Below, piece after piece: positions 28,540-43,496 of a stretch of 64,000 bases of DNA. The position numbers and the translations under genes are program-made. This DNA is from Octopus vulgaris (Eukaryota), in NCBI GenBank assembly GCA_951406725.2, contig OX597816.1:95542001-95606000 (forward strand), written 5' to 3'. The first letter of the stretch is position 1; the number at the start of each line of letters is the position of its first letter. Under the pieces are notes generated by a model that saw nothing but the letters and a program-made list of their open reading frames with translations, was not told the DNA's origin and did not search any database.

Positions 28540-28925
28540 ATTCTTTTACTTGTTTCAGTCATTTGACTGCAGCCATGCCTGAGCACCGCCTTTAGTCGAA
28601 CAAACTGACGGCAGAACTTATTCTTTGTAAGCCTAGTACTTATTCTATCGGTCTCTTTTACCTAACCGCTATGTTACAGACACGTAAACACACCAACATC
28701 GGTTGTCAAGCGATTGTGAGAGGACAAACACAAATAGACACACACACACGTGTATATATACAATGAGCTTCTTTCAGTTTCCGCCTACCAAATCCACTCT
28801 CAAGGCTTTGGTCTGTTCGAGGCTATAGTAGAAGACACTTACGCAACGTGCCACGCAGTGGGACTGAACCCAGAGCCATGTAGTTGAGAAGCAAGCTTTT
28901 TACCATACAACCACTCATGCGCCGA
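28540..28925 (-). mobile_element. tRNA-derived CORE-like SINE (second family)
   Basis: Reverse complement of the 43601 family: GGGTTCAGTCCCACTGCGTGGCAC..AAGTGTCTTCTACTATAGCCTCG..GAGTGGATTTGGTAG, plus an extended 3' part. Confidence 0.85.
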
Positions 28926-29281
28926 TGTTTTTATATACGTATATATATATATATATATATATCATAGATGAGAATCAGCTATTCTTCGTATAGAATACAC
29001 ACACTAGTGCTCAAAAGGTTTAAACTTGTATAGGTAGAGGAGTAAATGTAAGGACAAGCAAGTTAAGCAGGTCGATATACAAAGGGTATTAAATACATTA
29101 AATACAAAAGAATTATATATGTTTACATACAAAATGTCCGAACTATACAAAATAGAAATGGTATCAAGTATTAAAGAAGTTGAAGAAGAGTATTACAAAC
29201 CCAACAGGTGTTTCTGGTGGCTCGGTGGTCCAAGGCAATGGTTGTAAATTGATTCCATCGTCGGATGATACACTCACGCAT

Positions 29282-29359
<78 letters not shown>

Positions 29360-29959
29360 ACACACACACACACTTACACACACACACACACGCACATATA
29401 TATATACATGCAACGAACTTCGCAGCTTCTGTTACTAAATTCACAAATCATTCACAAGGCATTGGACAGGCCTAGGGCTATAGTTTGATATACTTGGCTG
29501 AAGTGCACTGAAGTGGAACTAAACTCAAGACCACGTATTGCGAATTGAACCTCTCAACCACGACTTGTCGGTATACGAATGATACTCTAAGCACCATTAA
29601 AATTGTAGGTTCTTAACAAAAAAATGAATTAAACTTCAAAGGTTTTAGTTATCATTTAGCGGGAGCTTTAAGTTACAACAGTCAGTTTTTTCAAAGTAAT
29701 AACAGAAATTATCATTTTTCCATACATTATAACCGAACAATATCTTCTCAGTGAAAACGATGTGTGAAAACTCTTCTTCTATAAAGGAGGGTAATTCGTC
29801 TTTTCCGACAACATTTTCAGATCTAAAAGCAGTGACAATTTGATATATTGAAATATGCTACAGGCGTTTTACTTTGATAGTTCTACAGTCAATTAGAAAT
29901 GCCAGTAGCAACTAGAAACTCAAAGAAAACTCTTTCTGTCTCTGCCTCCTTCTTTCCCC

Positions 29960-30027
<68 letters not shown>

Positions 30028-31231
30028 CTCTTTCTGCCTGTCTGTCTGTCACACACACTCATGCTCAGTAACGTATGCAATCACGCGTACATGCACGTAT
30101 GAGATACACCTCTGAAATACAAAACTATGTGTTTTCGTTTTGAAAAACATTAAATCACGACAATGAGAACAGTTAATATTATAAACTCCATCTCATTTGC
30201 CTTACCAGAAATGTGATATACGGGTGGCTTACAGGGTGGTAATTTACACAAATCAAAGACATATGCTTTCTTTGTCAATGAAAGTCACTGGTGTTAATGA
30301 ACTTTTGTTAAATTGTAGAATGCGCATAACAATTCTTACCCAGTGAATGTTTCTAACATTTAAACGATTATCAAAGGGGAATGCATACCTTCTGAATGCC
30401 ACTTACTTTTGAATAAGGTGACTATTGTTTAAATATTCTGATTCGTAACATAATATATACCCACACCTAATCCCCTTCACACGTTTTCTATTACTGATTT
30501 TGTTACCATTTAATTACCTCTTCAAATTCTCACATTAATCATATAAATGTTTCCATTATGGACAAGGTATCCGTTAACCAAGAAAGAGAATTGAATTACA
30601 ATTTTAATGAGATATTTTACTACCTTCAAACGTACTATGTGTTTATCTATTCAGATGTTAACATGTTATACACCTTAAACTCTTCAAATTCTAGACAAAT
30701 GGCGTCATAGACATTCAGTAAAAATGTCTTTAACGACAACCTCATCAATTTTATTCAATTTCCTATTAATTTAAATGCAACACGGTCAACTATATATGTT
30801 ATTAATATTATTGATTATCATTAATTAAACAAGGTTATGCAAAATTTATAATTCATTGCTGCATGTCATAATTTCAGTTGAATATTAAATTTATCAATAT
30901 GGAAAGTATGTGATGGCCTCCAGTCGCTGTGGGCACAGTATCTCTTTCTCAGACGGAGTGTTAAACAAAGCACTAATAGTTCATATTTTCTTTAGTTTCT
31001 AAAACGTGGTACGGAATGTTTTTTAAAAGTTGAGTTTTTAATTGTTTCATTAAAATTTATGTTATATAAAGAAAGAGGGTAATCTTAAATGTTTCAAAAA
31101 CCATATGAACACGTTTCCTGTATACTGGACTTGAACAAATTTAAGTTTACTCATTCAGCTAGTTTTTACATTGCACATACAAGCATCTATCTGCAAGAAA
31201 AAAACATATTTTGGAATAGATGTGCATACAT

Positions 31232-31419
31232 ACGAGGTACCTGACTTTGGGTAACCTGACTTTGGGTAACAGAAAATACATATTCCCTTCTCAGATTCAC
31301 AGACCTATTGGAGCGGTCCTTCAGTTTTTCTAAGACCTATAAAAGAACTTGGAAGGTTGTTCTCCCAACCAAGCTTTTCGCGAGACCCTTAAAGCCAGGA
31401 ACTTTCCAGCACCCCCTCG
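31232..31419. mobile_element. Mariner-derived MITE remnant
   Basis: Right end GGAACTTTCCAGCACCCCCTCG|TA; left end TA|CGAGG, partly deleted. Confidence 0.5.
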
Positions 31420-32403
31420 TATGCAGCTTAACTTGGAGCTTGTATAGTAGTGGTGTTTGATCTCCATCGTTTGACGATGAAGATCCAGGTGTTCGATCAG
31501 CTGATTTGGATGCTGCTAAATAAACATGGCTGAGCGCTCCTTCGACATGCGCGCTTTTGGTATACTGCTCAGACAGAATCAACGAGATAGAATGCATAAC
31601 AAGGCTGCATTTTGAATTACAGATATAATCCTCAATATTTCGACATCGTAACGAGTCTCACCGGGATTTCTCTCCCAATTTTCTTATGGATATTACTGAA
31701 TCGAGCTGAATTTGAGTGAAATAGGTACAACCAGGAGCAGAGACCGTGTTCTGAATTTTCTTCACAAATGCTCCTACCTCCTTCTGGATCCAGAGAAGCA
31801 GCCCAATGCGGTCCTCCATATACTTCAAGTGTCTATTAAACGTCCCACATTTAGTTTTTCTTCCTTAGAAAAGAAAGAACATACTGGATACATCATGTAT
31901 AAATCCTAGATACACCATGCTTTAAAAATAGCAGTATGTAAGACATTTTCTGGATGGATTATAACTTTTTTGAATGGTAAAATTTATGATCTGTTTTATA
32001 CTTCATTTGAATGACGTCAACATTAAACAAATGTCAGTAAACATGAAATGAATAGAATGCTAGATATGTTTGTGTAATTTACAAACTTGTTTAATGCAAT
32101 CTGATTTCTTAAACGAAACATTGGTCACTATCTTTTTAACCATGAAACGTTATTTCCTCATATAAACCAATTTTAATTAACTAATTTGTAGGGACAAGCA
32201 AACTTGACCCATTAATATCTAGGTACCTTGTTCGTTGTTAAAACCAAATGCTTTCTTAAGTTTAAATTGTAATACACTCATTTCAGATTGGCTCATATTT
32301 TTATAGTGTTTAGTGAACAGAGGATGTCCCGTCTGTTTTCCTTCAATTGTAGTGGAAACTACACTGATTTTTGAGCACATGTATTAGATTTTAAATTTAA
32401 CTA

Positions 32404-32651
32404 TTGGGTTGGTGCATAATTATTGCGGCTTTTTTTCAACAAATTTTATTCAACAAAAATGATAAGAATATTTTAAAAAAAACATCTTTAAATGACGCTC
32501 TGACCGTCAGCCAAGCAACTGGGAAGCAGTAATTGAAGTAGATGGTGAATATGCTCCCAAATAATCATTTAAACATGTTTTTGTTACATGTTATTGTTTT
32601 TGTTGAATAAAATTTGTTGTAAAAAGCCCCAATAATCATACACCAACCCAA
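32404..32651. mobile_element. Mariner-derived MITE (Hsmar1/MADE1-like TIRs)
   Basis: ~55-bp TIRs TTGGGTTGGTGCATAATTATTGCGG and CCCCAATAATCATACACCAACCCAA, TA flanks. Confidence 0.9.
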
Positions 32652-35349
32652 TACTTATTTAGCTACGTCAATTGAGTAACAATTTGCTAATTATTTTTAA
32701 AATTGAAATCCTATTCTTTCTACCTTTATACTTGTAAATTTTCTTTGTGTATCTTTAGATTATTAAGAAAACTCTCCACATTGCAATATAACATAAAAAG
32801 TAATTAATGGGTTTTGCAATCAATATAAGGTTTCTTTCTGCAAAACATACTGATTGAAAGGGTATTTTTACCTGGGTATTATCCTATCAGTTTATTTGAT
32901 TGTATTATTCATTTCAAGAAAGTGAGCGGGATATTTAGGTCTATATTGCTATTGCTTATGAGGACCTATCAATAATTTCCTTTCCTTTATTGAAAATGAT
33001 ATATTGATAACATTTTCAAAGTACTCATTTCAACGATTCTTGAAACTTTTCACACCGTTAAATCCTGCCGGTATATAACAAAGGCGTTGATAAAAGAATA
33101 GGAGAATACAGTTATTTCAAGGTGCGTTATATTGGTTAGTATCCTCATATCTCAATATTCTTGGACACAGACATTTTTGCTGAGCTATCTATTGTAAAAT
33201 GACTGAAGTTTAAACTGAATACTCTGCGAATTTGAATAAAGTTTTTCTAGGAGTTTGAGTACCAGTACTTTTGTGTATGGTTAACCGCCGATTGATTTTT
33301 ATCTTTTCTTATTTTCGTCAAACTAATCGTAGGTCTTGCGCGTTTTTACTCTGATAATTAAAGGTCGAAGTATAGACCACATCTCTTAGTAATTATCAGT
33401 TGCTATCGATACCATTTTTGCTTTATTTTAACCTTGAATATTTTGTTTAACTTTGAATTAAGCTGCTTGAAAGAGAGGAATCGATTACTTCATTGTTTTG
33501 TGGCTTCAGAACATTCTATTTTCCCACAGATTTGTTTCCTTTCAACGCCTTGCTTGAGTAATTAGGTTTTCAGTCTGCAATAGGGTAGTTTATGCCAATG
33601 ATTTGCACGAAGCTGTATCAATATTGTTTTGTTTCGCATATGTTGAGTGGAGCCGAAACAGTGGTTTCGTTCATCAGGCCGGTACAAAGCTTTCGGAAGT
33701 AAAGGTCTATTACTGTTAGTCATATCTATGTGGCAAGTTTTTTTTCCAGCTCTCGCGTAAAAATGATTAAAAATAAAATAACTCGCTAGATTTTGTTACT
33801 GGTGAGTTCATCAAAGAGTTCAGACAATTTGCTTTTAATACATTCCGAATTTGCCCTTATATGTGATTAACTGTTGTTAAATCTCCATCCTCATAAGTTT
33901 TTATTTTTCCATACTACTCTCTATACAACGTCATTCTAACCAGGAAAAACTTACTCTGACCGAATCTCCGCATACATCAACTCTGCATTCGGAAAAAGTG
34001 TTTGTCTATCATTCTATGCATTCATCATGAAACTCCACAAACTATCAATGTCGTTCTTCTGATATTATTCATTTTTAATTAGCCAAAATGACTGCGTTGC
34101 AGCTCAACTTTAATATATGTCAAGAAGTGAATAATGATTGCCGATAGAGGAATACTCTGTCACTCCTGTCGTATTATGTGGCTACTTCAATCAACACAAG
34201 ACATCATAAGGGACACTTCTGCGCAGTGTTGTGACTACAGTCAAGTTTTGTAGTATTACTGCATCACCAACTCCATTTCGTTTCAGAAACTTGAATCTGT
34301 TGCATGCGGATCCTTTGGGGTAAAAACATAGTGTGGTGCAATTAATGTACATCGCTATTTCACACTAAGTTTGGGGGTTTCACTGAAATGACAGTCCTAA
34401 ACGAGCAAATCTATGTTTTACATTTCTTAATAAAGGATTACAGTTTAAAAGACATGGATCTAGCCTTTAGTCACAAGAGTCGGGTAAGGTGTGTCACTGC
34501 TCGGAGACTCATAAAGATCTAGACTGAGAAAGGCTGTGTTATGTCAAAAGCATATTCTCACATGCTCTTCGTTTAGCCTACGCAAATCAGAACTATATCA
34601 AATGCATCCGTTATCATCTAACATGTGAGTATGATTGTATTCATATGACTTTTTACTTGTTCCAGTCTTAGTGTTCTGTACATGTTGGGGGATCTCCCAT
34701 AACGAGTTATCGTAATCCATTATAATGGCGCCAGTTCTTGCATTATAGACCTCGTAAGATAGAAAGATAATAATGAGTAGGGACGAAGCCAAGACAGAAA
34801 ATGTCACAAAGTAGCTTCTATCGATAACCCCTCGCCTACACAAACATAAACACACGTTATACACATACACTCATGGATACATATATGCACATACACACTA
34901 TGTTCATGTTAACATATTAACGATATCGCTCGAAACTATATTAAAAATGACAACATGTAGGGAATTATCATACCAGCTTTTATATCGGCTTACGCGTATA
35001 TATATGTGCTTGTGTGTGCGTGTGTGTGTTCATACATACATACATACATACATAAATGCATACATAAATATATCTATATATGCATACGCACATACACACA
35101 CTTATGTATGTATGTATGTATGTATGTATGTATGTATATATGTATGTATACTTCGATATTGATATTCTTCGTAAATTTGTGTATATATGAATATATTAGT
35201 CATTCAAATTCCTTATTAGTCCGATTTTCACGTGTTATTTCTCTATTTTTACAATTTTACAATATTACATAATGCAAGATTATAAGTACTTTCATGTTGT
35301 ATGGAAGAAACCAAGTGAAATATACAATTTTTCGAATAAAAACAGTATG

Positions 35350-35583
35350 CAGTAAACTTTCAACTATCGCAGGTGTTACGTTCCAAAACCGCCGCGATAT
35401 GTGAAAATCCGCGAAGCAGAAACATTACTGTCCTGTATACTTTTTCGTTATATATATAATTTGTATATATTTATTTTATTATAAATGCAAAACAACACCA
35501 TGGAGGAATCGACGTAAGCTTAAATAATAAACCGCAATAGGTGAATCGCGATAGGTGAACCACAATATAACAAGAGATTACTG
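35350..35583. mobile_element. Tigger/pogo-type MITE
   Basis: Termini CAGTAAAC.. and ..GATTACTG|TA, with internal repeated CGCGATAGGTGAA-like motifs. Confidence 0.7.
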
Positions 35584-35791
35584 TATTCTCTTCTTATTAA
35601 TAAACTTCAGGTAAATATTTATGTAGTAGTATCATTAACAATCAACTAACGTGCTTCACGTTTATCAACTGTGAAATAACCGAGTACTCTTTGTAAATCG
35701 TAACGGTTTGATGAATGTGGTATCGCAGCTGATATTGATTGCACTTGTCTATAGAAACATTTTAACCAATCAAAAGCATATCAGATTAATA

Positions 35792-36410
35792 ACGGTTTGA
35801 AATTTTGGCACAAGACCAGCAATTTTAGGCGAAGGGGTTCTGTCGATTTACATTGATCCCAGTGCTAGACTGGTACTTATTTTATCCACCCCGAAATATG
35901 AATGGCTTCATTGATCTCGCAGGGATTTGAAATCAGAACGTAAAATGCTGGAGAAAAATACTGCATTTTTCTTTTTCGAAACTCTAAAGATTCTGCCACC
36001 TCGAGGCCCTACTGTTCAGAATAACAATGGCTTCAAATTCTGGCACAAGGCCAGAAATTTCGAGAACAGGGAGAGCTGATTTCATTGACCTCGGTGATCA
36101 ACTGTTCGTTATTTTATCGACCCCAATAGGATGAAAGGCAAAGTCGACTTCGGCGGTATCTGAACTCAGAACGTAAAGATAGACAACATGCCGCTAAGCA
36201 TTTCGATCGAAATGCTGACGATTCAGCCAACACGCCGCCCAATATTAATACAGCTTTGAAAAATAATTACATTTAAATCAATATTGATATTGTTCTTCTT
36301 CCTAGGGAGGCAAGCTCGTAGAATCGTTAGCACGCTACCCAACTAAATTCTTAGCGCCATTTCACTCGCCTTTATGTTCTGAATTCAAATTCCGCCGAGG
36401 TCGAACATTT
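35792..36410. mobile_element. Cluster of three tRNA-SINE copies (two minus, one plus)
   Basis: CTGGTACTTATTTTATC..CCCGAA..GATGAAAGGCAAAGTCGAC blocks and heads. Confidence 0.85.
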
Positions 36411-36889
36411 GAGTAGATGTAATTAATTAGCTCTTTTGCTACTTTCACTTGAATCACAATTTTTGTAAATTAAGAAATATTAGAAATATTTTCATGCCGC
36501 AGGTTTGCAGATGATTTCTTAATAGAAACTCATGTTCATTTTCATCCCTATTTTTTTGCCGACGTGCACCTGTGCGTTCCGGTAATGAGTTTTCATCTAG
36601 CCTAGATATATATATATATATAAATGTCTGTAAAATCTGGATATTTGATGCAATTGATCATATTTCTGCAGTTCATGATTGCATACTGGAACATTCTACG
36701 TCCGATTTTTCTGTTGATATACTCATCGATATGTGTGAACTGATATATGCCACACTGAATATCGTGGCATTTAGATACCATATATGTTTTATCATTACAG
36801 TTTAGGTCAAACTTTGCGTTTGTCAATATATAATCAAACGTAACGAAACAGTTATGCCTGGAAACATAACCACCGCAAAAAATAGATGC

Positions 36890-37262
36890 GATTTCCATCC
36901 ATCTGCTATGAGGAGGCGGTGTCAGGTCAAACAGTCAACTATGAGCAGACAGACCCGTCTGCTATTGTCACTGTCAATGCTTTAATGACAAACCAAAACT
37001 CATGCCGGCCTTGTTATCACCCGGGACAACAGTGGAGAACCAGATTGGGGTCGGAAAGGTTGCTGCTGGAACAAAGTCTCAAAATAAACGATCTACTAGG
37101 AAACTAGATCCAGAATAATCTTAACACTAGACCTGTAGTGACGCCACCAAAAATATCACCTACAGAAAAACGCATAAAATGGTCTAGAGAGGATTATAGA
37201 GATGTGTTGAGAGCTTTCTATACAGCCCAACTAAACCCAAACAATGACTTCATAATACAAAC
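36890..37262 (+). mobile_element. 5' fragment of an R4/Dong-type LINE ORF
   Basis: RIKWSREDYRDVLRAFYTAQLNP (37171-37240) resembles the N-terminal R.KW..E....V...Y motif also seen at 6215-6448. Confidence 0.55.
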
Positions 37263-37288
37263 TGACATTTATTGTTATTATTATTATT

Positions 37289-37761
37289 GAGTGAGAGAGC
37301 AGTTCATGCCATCAAAGTGACACTGGGGTAAAATATACGAAGCCCAATATACTCATCAAGACTACCCGTCTGATAAGGGTACACCAGGCACATGCATCAC
37401 AACCATATGTGCGCGACATGGTGATCTCATATCAAGATAAACAGCACATGACCTTGCAGGTGGGGCCCAGTTAGAATTTTCTTCAGGTTGAGTAGCCCAT
37501 CCTGCTCAAAAGGTCCCTGAATAAGGGTTGTTTAAGGATGTTGAAAGAACCACCCATGTTTCCAGAGGTGAATTATTCAAACCCCAAAGAATCCCTCTCA
37601 ACACATGGCTATGATACACCCCCACATCAGAGATGCACATATCGTCAGCCACTAAGGGACATGCTCAACTGGTTAAAGTCAAACAACTGACAAGCAAATC
37701 TGTGGTATTGAGCAGAATATTTGCTGTAGCCCATTTTTTATACCAAGACAAAACAATGTAG
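37289..37761 (-). mobile_element. Copy of the ~550-bp (TAA)n-associated element, 5'-truncated
   Basis: Near-identical reverse complement of 63305-63790, flanked by (TTA)n. Confidence 0.93.
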
Positions 37762-37849
37762 TATTATCATTATTATTATTATTATTGCCATTGTTGTTGT
37801 TGTCATTATTATTATTATTACTGCCGTTATTATTTTCATCATCATCAAC

Positions 37850-37965
<116 letters not shown>

Positions 37966-37976
37966 GTCTGTCTGCC

Positions 37977-38007
<31 letters not shown>

Positions 38008-38769
38008 ATGTCTGTCTATGAATTAATGCAAATTAAGACAATGAACAAAATGCCCTTAAAACCAGTAGAACACATCGTTTACAGAAAATATTTGATAGCA
38101 AATTGTGTACGCGTATGTAATAACAGTGGTAAATAAATGATTCGAGAATGAACTTGAGAATGTTAGTAAGTAACTTTATAACGATGATAATAAAGGATGT
38201 GGACTTAACGATATAGCTATTTGGAGTTAATCGGTGGCTAGCAAAGTTAATGTACTGTATTCTCTGAATGATTTTACTCGGTACGTATGGAAAACATTAG
38301 AATAATAAAGACAGAAAACAAAGAGTAAGCACAAGGAAGATATTATTTACGGTACATATCTACTGATTCATATTTAACAAACTAGTGAAGAACAAACGCA
38401 TTATAACATCAAATGAGTGAGGTCTGCTTCGAAACAAATAAAAAAGAACGTGACTTTTACGTAAGTAAAATCAGGAACATGGAATGAATAAATTACGTAT
38501 ACGAGGTCACATTAAGGTTAAATTTTGCGTATTCGTGCAAAGCTATTGGGTTCCCATGCGAAGCTGCTGGGAGCCTGAGCAATTCCTTAGCCTTGATGTG
38601 CCCTAGCACTGCCTCTGATTATAGTCACTTATCCCCACTTTGCTCTTTCATGTCAAACATTTGTTAAGTAGTGAAATAAATGCAAAATAAATGCAAAATA
38701 TTTACGAGGAATACGAAAATTGTAAAAATAGTATTTTAATTTTCTGTAAGTTACATGCATGAACTGCTG

Positions 38770-40250
38770 GTGGTGGCGGGCTTAATTGGTGCACGTCGGT
38801 GGCAGAATTTGTTTAAAAGTATTTGGGAAAATTATATGTCGGAAATTCCGTCATCTAATCGCAAGTAACATGAAGATAAAAGAAATTTTAAGACAGCAAG
38901 GGAGGAAAATGTTACCATCAGAAAGCGGCAAATCCTTGTCTCTTATCTGCCATGTGTTTTCTATTATGAAAGCAATAACTTGAAACAGCAGTTATAACTC
39001 TAAAAACGTCATAGAAAGTTATCCCGTTGCTAATTTAAGTCAAAGTAAAACAATCAAACAAATAAATTAACTCCCCTAAAACATCGCAGGAGATACTGGA
39101 TGACAATGTTCATGAAGGAAGCCAATACAAGGACTGAAGCTAATTTGTAATGTTTTACAATGCCGTTTGTGTTGAACGTTCATTCTCAGAACAATAAGAA
39201 TGTATAGCTGAAGATATTACAGAAGATAATGCATTGAAAGAACAGCTCGTATATACATTAAAATGCATACGAAAGGGTTTTAATACATGCTGATGTTCAT
39301 TTTAATATATCATCAGTGTGGCAACAGATGGAACAAATCAATAGTGAGGAAAAAGAATGTAATATTAATTGCAGATATGAAAGTGATACCAGTTTTCTAG
39401 AAGTTCACATCGCTCTTTGTATTTCCCTCATGAACATTTGGCATATGCAAGTGATATAAAATCTGTCCTTGAAAGTCAGAATTGATGTAGATGGCAAAGT
39501 TCACTATTCCAGCAATGTTTTTGAAAAGTGGCGGTTGAAGATACACATAGATACCTATTTCTACTGTGTAGTGAAGTCGCTGTCAACTTGAATTAATTTG
39601 AATCTGTTTTTGGATCCACTAGAGCCTGTTATTACATAGATGGAAAGGAAAGGTAAACAGATTCCCGATCTGATGTTCCTTACAAATATAATGAATCATC
39701 TGCGACCTCTTGACTCAGCAATCCAAGAGAAGGATAGGATTAACTTTTAAATGACTTAATTTTTACCATGCAGAATAAAATAAGAGTTTTTCAAAGATAC
39801 ACTTAGTCCAGAAACTTCAATCACTTTCCCAGTAAAATACTCAATATTAAAATAAAGGTCACAAATTAGAAGAATGCAAATATACATTACAACGACAATC
39901 TTGATAATCTCATAGCCAGTTTCTACCAGTCAGCTGTGACAAAAGCAGTTCTTCGCCTCTCTATAAATCAATCAATGGTTGAAGTGTGCAATGATATTTG
40001 TCTAATTATTGATATTCTAGTTTTAGAACCATCTGCTATAGAAGTAGAAATAAAGGAATTGCAGGGGAATCTGAGTTTCAACATGATTCACAGAACTTAT
40101 TGTACGATTGAGCCTTGAAAGGCCCAGAAATAAAATATTTACATCCGAAACGCAAAAATGTGCGACTCATCTTAATTTCCAGTTGAACGTATTTCTCGAA
40201 ATCACTCCACACTTTGATGAAGCTTGTGAATTCGAATCATTACGAATAAA
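38770..40250 (+). mobile_element. Decayed hAT (Buster/SPIN, GTF2IRD2-like) transposase fossil
   Basis: Remnants of a GK..CLIC...NLK zinc-finger BED-like start, DLMFLTNIMNHL (~39670) and IEVEIKELQ (~40040). Confidence 0.55.
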
Positions 40251-40269
40251 AACCTGGTGCAGCAATTCC

Positions 40270-40740
40270 GTACAACCTTGGCATATAACCGTATGAAAGA
40301 TGGCAGAATCCCCAAGGACATACTCTACGGAGAGCTTGCTAGGGGTACTAGGTCTGTGGGTAGACTGCTCTTACGTTACAAGGATGTTTGCAAAAGGGAC
40401 ATGAAGGCCTGCAACATCAATATTAGCGGTTGGGAGGCAGTTGCCAGCAACTGTGGAGACTGGCGACGTACCGTAAACTAGGGAATACAAAGGAGTGACA
40501 GAGAGAGAGAGGAGGAATGTAAAGACAAGAAAAGACGTCAACAAGAAACTATGGCATTACAACCAGCCAGGAACAGTCTTCGCTACATTTGCAGTACCTG
40601 CCAGAGGGAGTGTTTGTCCAGGATAGGACTACACAGCCACAGCAGGAAATGTATCAGGACATGAAATGTAAAAGCCGGACTAGACTACTTTATGCGCAAC
40701 TCCATTGTCTCCCGAGACAAAAAGGATGCCAACCAATGGC
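40270..40740 (+). mobile_element. RTE-clade LINE 3' fragment
   Basis: RMKDGRIPKDILYGELARGTRSVGR..LRYKDVCKRDMK..WE..A...WR and a terminal CSTCQRECLSRIGLHSHSRKC zinc finger. Confidence 0.92.
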
Positions 40741-40999
40741 ATATAACCAGTTTTTCAAACACTTACAGATAAGGCGGACATTCATAAAACTTCTGCTCTG
40801 ACTACCCACAGTTAAAATAGCTTGCGGTTTCAATCGAGGTGAAGAAGCAGTTTATAGTCTTCCCTTCTTGTGTCTGACGTTGTTTTTGCCCATCATTTAC
40901 AATTCTGATTGTTTTATCAAGAGCTAAGTCTCCCTACTGCTATATGTGACTATGATCCTACTGTACTTGACATTCATTACTTTAGCACTAGTATTTAAG

Positions 41000-42350
41000 C
41001 AGTCGCGGTGCTCAAAGCTTTAGCTATCACCCAGCTCTTAAAAACCAAGTACATGTTTCTGTAAGTGCTATTCCGGGCGATGAAGGTCGTATTCTGTGGT
41101 ATATCAATCAGGACTTATTCAGGGTTTAATTCTGAGGGAATGCAGGAGTAAACATTTTTGTTTGAAATGTACTTTCCTCCTTGTTCATTCTTGGATAAAT
41201 CCATCGGACAAAAAGCACTATGTCTTGTGATGTAGCTCGTCCTTTCCAACTTTTCTTTGTTCTGACTCAGACTGAGTTGCCTCTGTTGATCCTTATGTTT
41301 AAGAAGCAATGAAATGTTGCGCTTGCATTTTCTGTAGAACCTTAGTCAAGGTTCCAGCAATATTACTTGTGTGTCTTCTATTGTATGAAGTTACATATAA
41401 ATGAACCTCTGTCATTATGTTTCATGTATCATTGTCTCTTAAAAAAATAAATTCGTTATAAGAATCTCTTCCAGAGAATTCTGCGGCGTCATACAACGCA
41501 AGGAAATATGTGCTTGCCCTCTCCAGTCAAGGAATGCTTAGTCAATGTTTCGTTGGTATGTGCGCATTTCAGACAGGCCCAGCTTTATAATGGGGCCAAC
41601 AACCTACCTGACCTCTATGCAGCCGACAGTACTACGGTGATGGCAGCATATGCCGTTTTTCGTTTCGAACATGACTCACTTTAAGATTTCTAGTTTCCAC
41701 AACTCTAGTTCTAAGGTCAGAATATAAAGAAAGATGGAGATTCTCATTGACAGTGAGAGAGAGGTGTGTGATTAGAAAGAATTTCAATGGATGCCATATA
41801 GCCTAACCACCATGCGAATGTTGTTGCACATTGAAGCAACGCAGTCTTTTAAAACTGATTCAAAGTAGCTACTTGGAAAATAGGTGCTAGTTCGACCGTA
41901 ATAAAAGCTTTCGATTATTGCAAATTAATCAGAGCTCCACCGATACCAGCCTGTATATTGAATCGCATAATGTTAAAGTTGTGATGGACAGATCTTTTAG
42001 AGAGTGCATATTTCTGACTTACCCGATGGCAAATTTACCTACAACAGACGCCAACTTCCTACTAGAACTGTGGCTGAAATCTTAAACTCTGTCTTCAACT
42101 GATTTATATGACAATAATGAATGGAAACGTACTCTTTGTTCTTTAGCTATTTACCACATTTTTACACACAAAACTGAACATTTTTCAGTACTGCTTTCAC
42201 TTGCAGTATCTATACGCCAAAAGGAAGGTTAATATGTCCTGCTTGTATGCATAAAACTCGTAAGCTTTGATTTCTTATTTTGCCTCGTAACCGACACTTC
42301 ATCAACAGCTGTAACCCAATTGCCGTTATCAATATTTCGCAGCCCTCAAC
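41000..42350 (-). mobile_element. Decayed L1/Tx1-like reverse transcriptase
   Basis: Minus translation RSVHHNFNIMRF...GGALINLQ*SKAF (41900-41995), SP..YILTLE (~41730) and a degenerate AYA(DD) (~41645). Confidence 0.7.
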
Positions 42351-43394
42351 ATTTTCGTTGATAGTCATGGGAGGTCTTTGATGATAATATTACTTCCGAT
42401 TACATACAACACTCATCGTGCGCCTGATCAGTTGAGCAAAATATTAGTAGAAGGTTTCGAATATCTACTTCGAACTGAGGAGCACTCGCTTGTCTTTGTA
42501 TGTCAAAGATCAAAAACCGACTTGTTTGCTACAGCACACATCTGTCACTTAAGCTTCTTGAACGGTTCTCCTTCACTCATATCTGAGTGCATTTATCCTA
42601 AGCTCTAACACCACAACCATCGGGCACTGCTGTGAAACCTAAAATAGACGAGGCCCCGTACATCGCTTGCATTGCCTTTGTAAAACACCTCTAGTAATTT
42701 CTTCATTAGCTTAATTTCTAATTTATTCTTCTTTTTACGCTATTTCTCGTTTATTGCAATTTCTCTGCTAAATACAAGATTTAATCTTGTGACATTGACA
42801 GAGGGACATACACATAGATGTTGGCAACCGAATTCTCTCAAAGTTTTTCGCGTGTGAGTCAATCATGAGATGCATGAAATCAGACGGTCGTGTAATAATT
42901 TGTTAATTGAAATTGCCGCCGTATTTATATGGAGTTATAAAATTATGAAAAACAATTCTGAATTGGTGATACATATATATGCATTGGTACCTAATTGATA
43001 ATGTCTAAACTCTATTGAAATAGCGTTTTTTATGTAAGAAACTGATTCTTTTCCTCTTGGTGTTCATATTTATTCAATGGGTTTAGGCCGGTGCGCAATC
43101 AAACGCACACTCGCACGCGCCCACACCGTATATATTTATGTACACACACACACACACATATATACACTCACACACGCACATACACTCACACACACATATA
43201 TAGGTTATGAGAGGTAATGATGTCAAGAAGACCCAAAGGTTTCAGGTAGTGCTATGGTGTTAAGCTCCAGGTTCGGTGATTATGCGAATGAGAATCCAAC
43301 GTAGGTCATATATCAGCATGCATATACATACACATATATATATAGAAGCAGAATGAGATAAAGAATAATTATAGCTTAACCATTTTCTCACACC

Positions 43395-43442
43395 GTCTCC
43401 GATGAGGGGATATATAAAATATCCCGGAAACAGCTGTAAGAC
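43395..43442 (+). ncRNA. Minimal type I hammerhead motif with palindromic helix III
   Basis: GUCU-CCGAUGA-G-GGGAUAU-AUAAA-AUAUCCC-G-GAA-ACAGCUGU-A|AGAC, within a ~300-bp element (43200-43505) flanked by (TA)n. Confidence 0.75.
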
Positions 43443-43496
43443 CTATTTATGAATGTTCTGAAATATTTCACAGCCTTGGATTTTTATCTCATTTTC

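Noticed and set aside
33652-33683. Minus-strand CUGAUGA-AC-GAAAC..GUU hammerhead-like string
   Set aside because: There is no helix II, helix I is out of register, and there is no repeat or microsatellite context, so it is compatible with chance.
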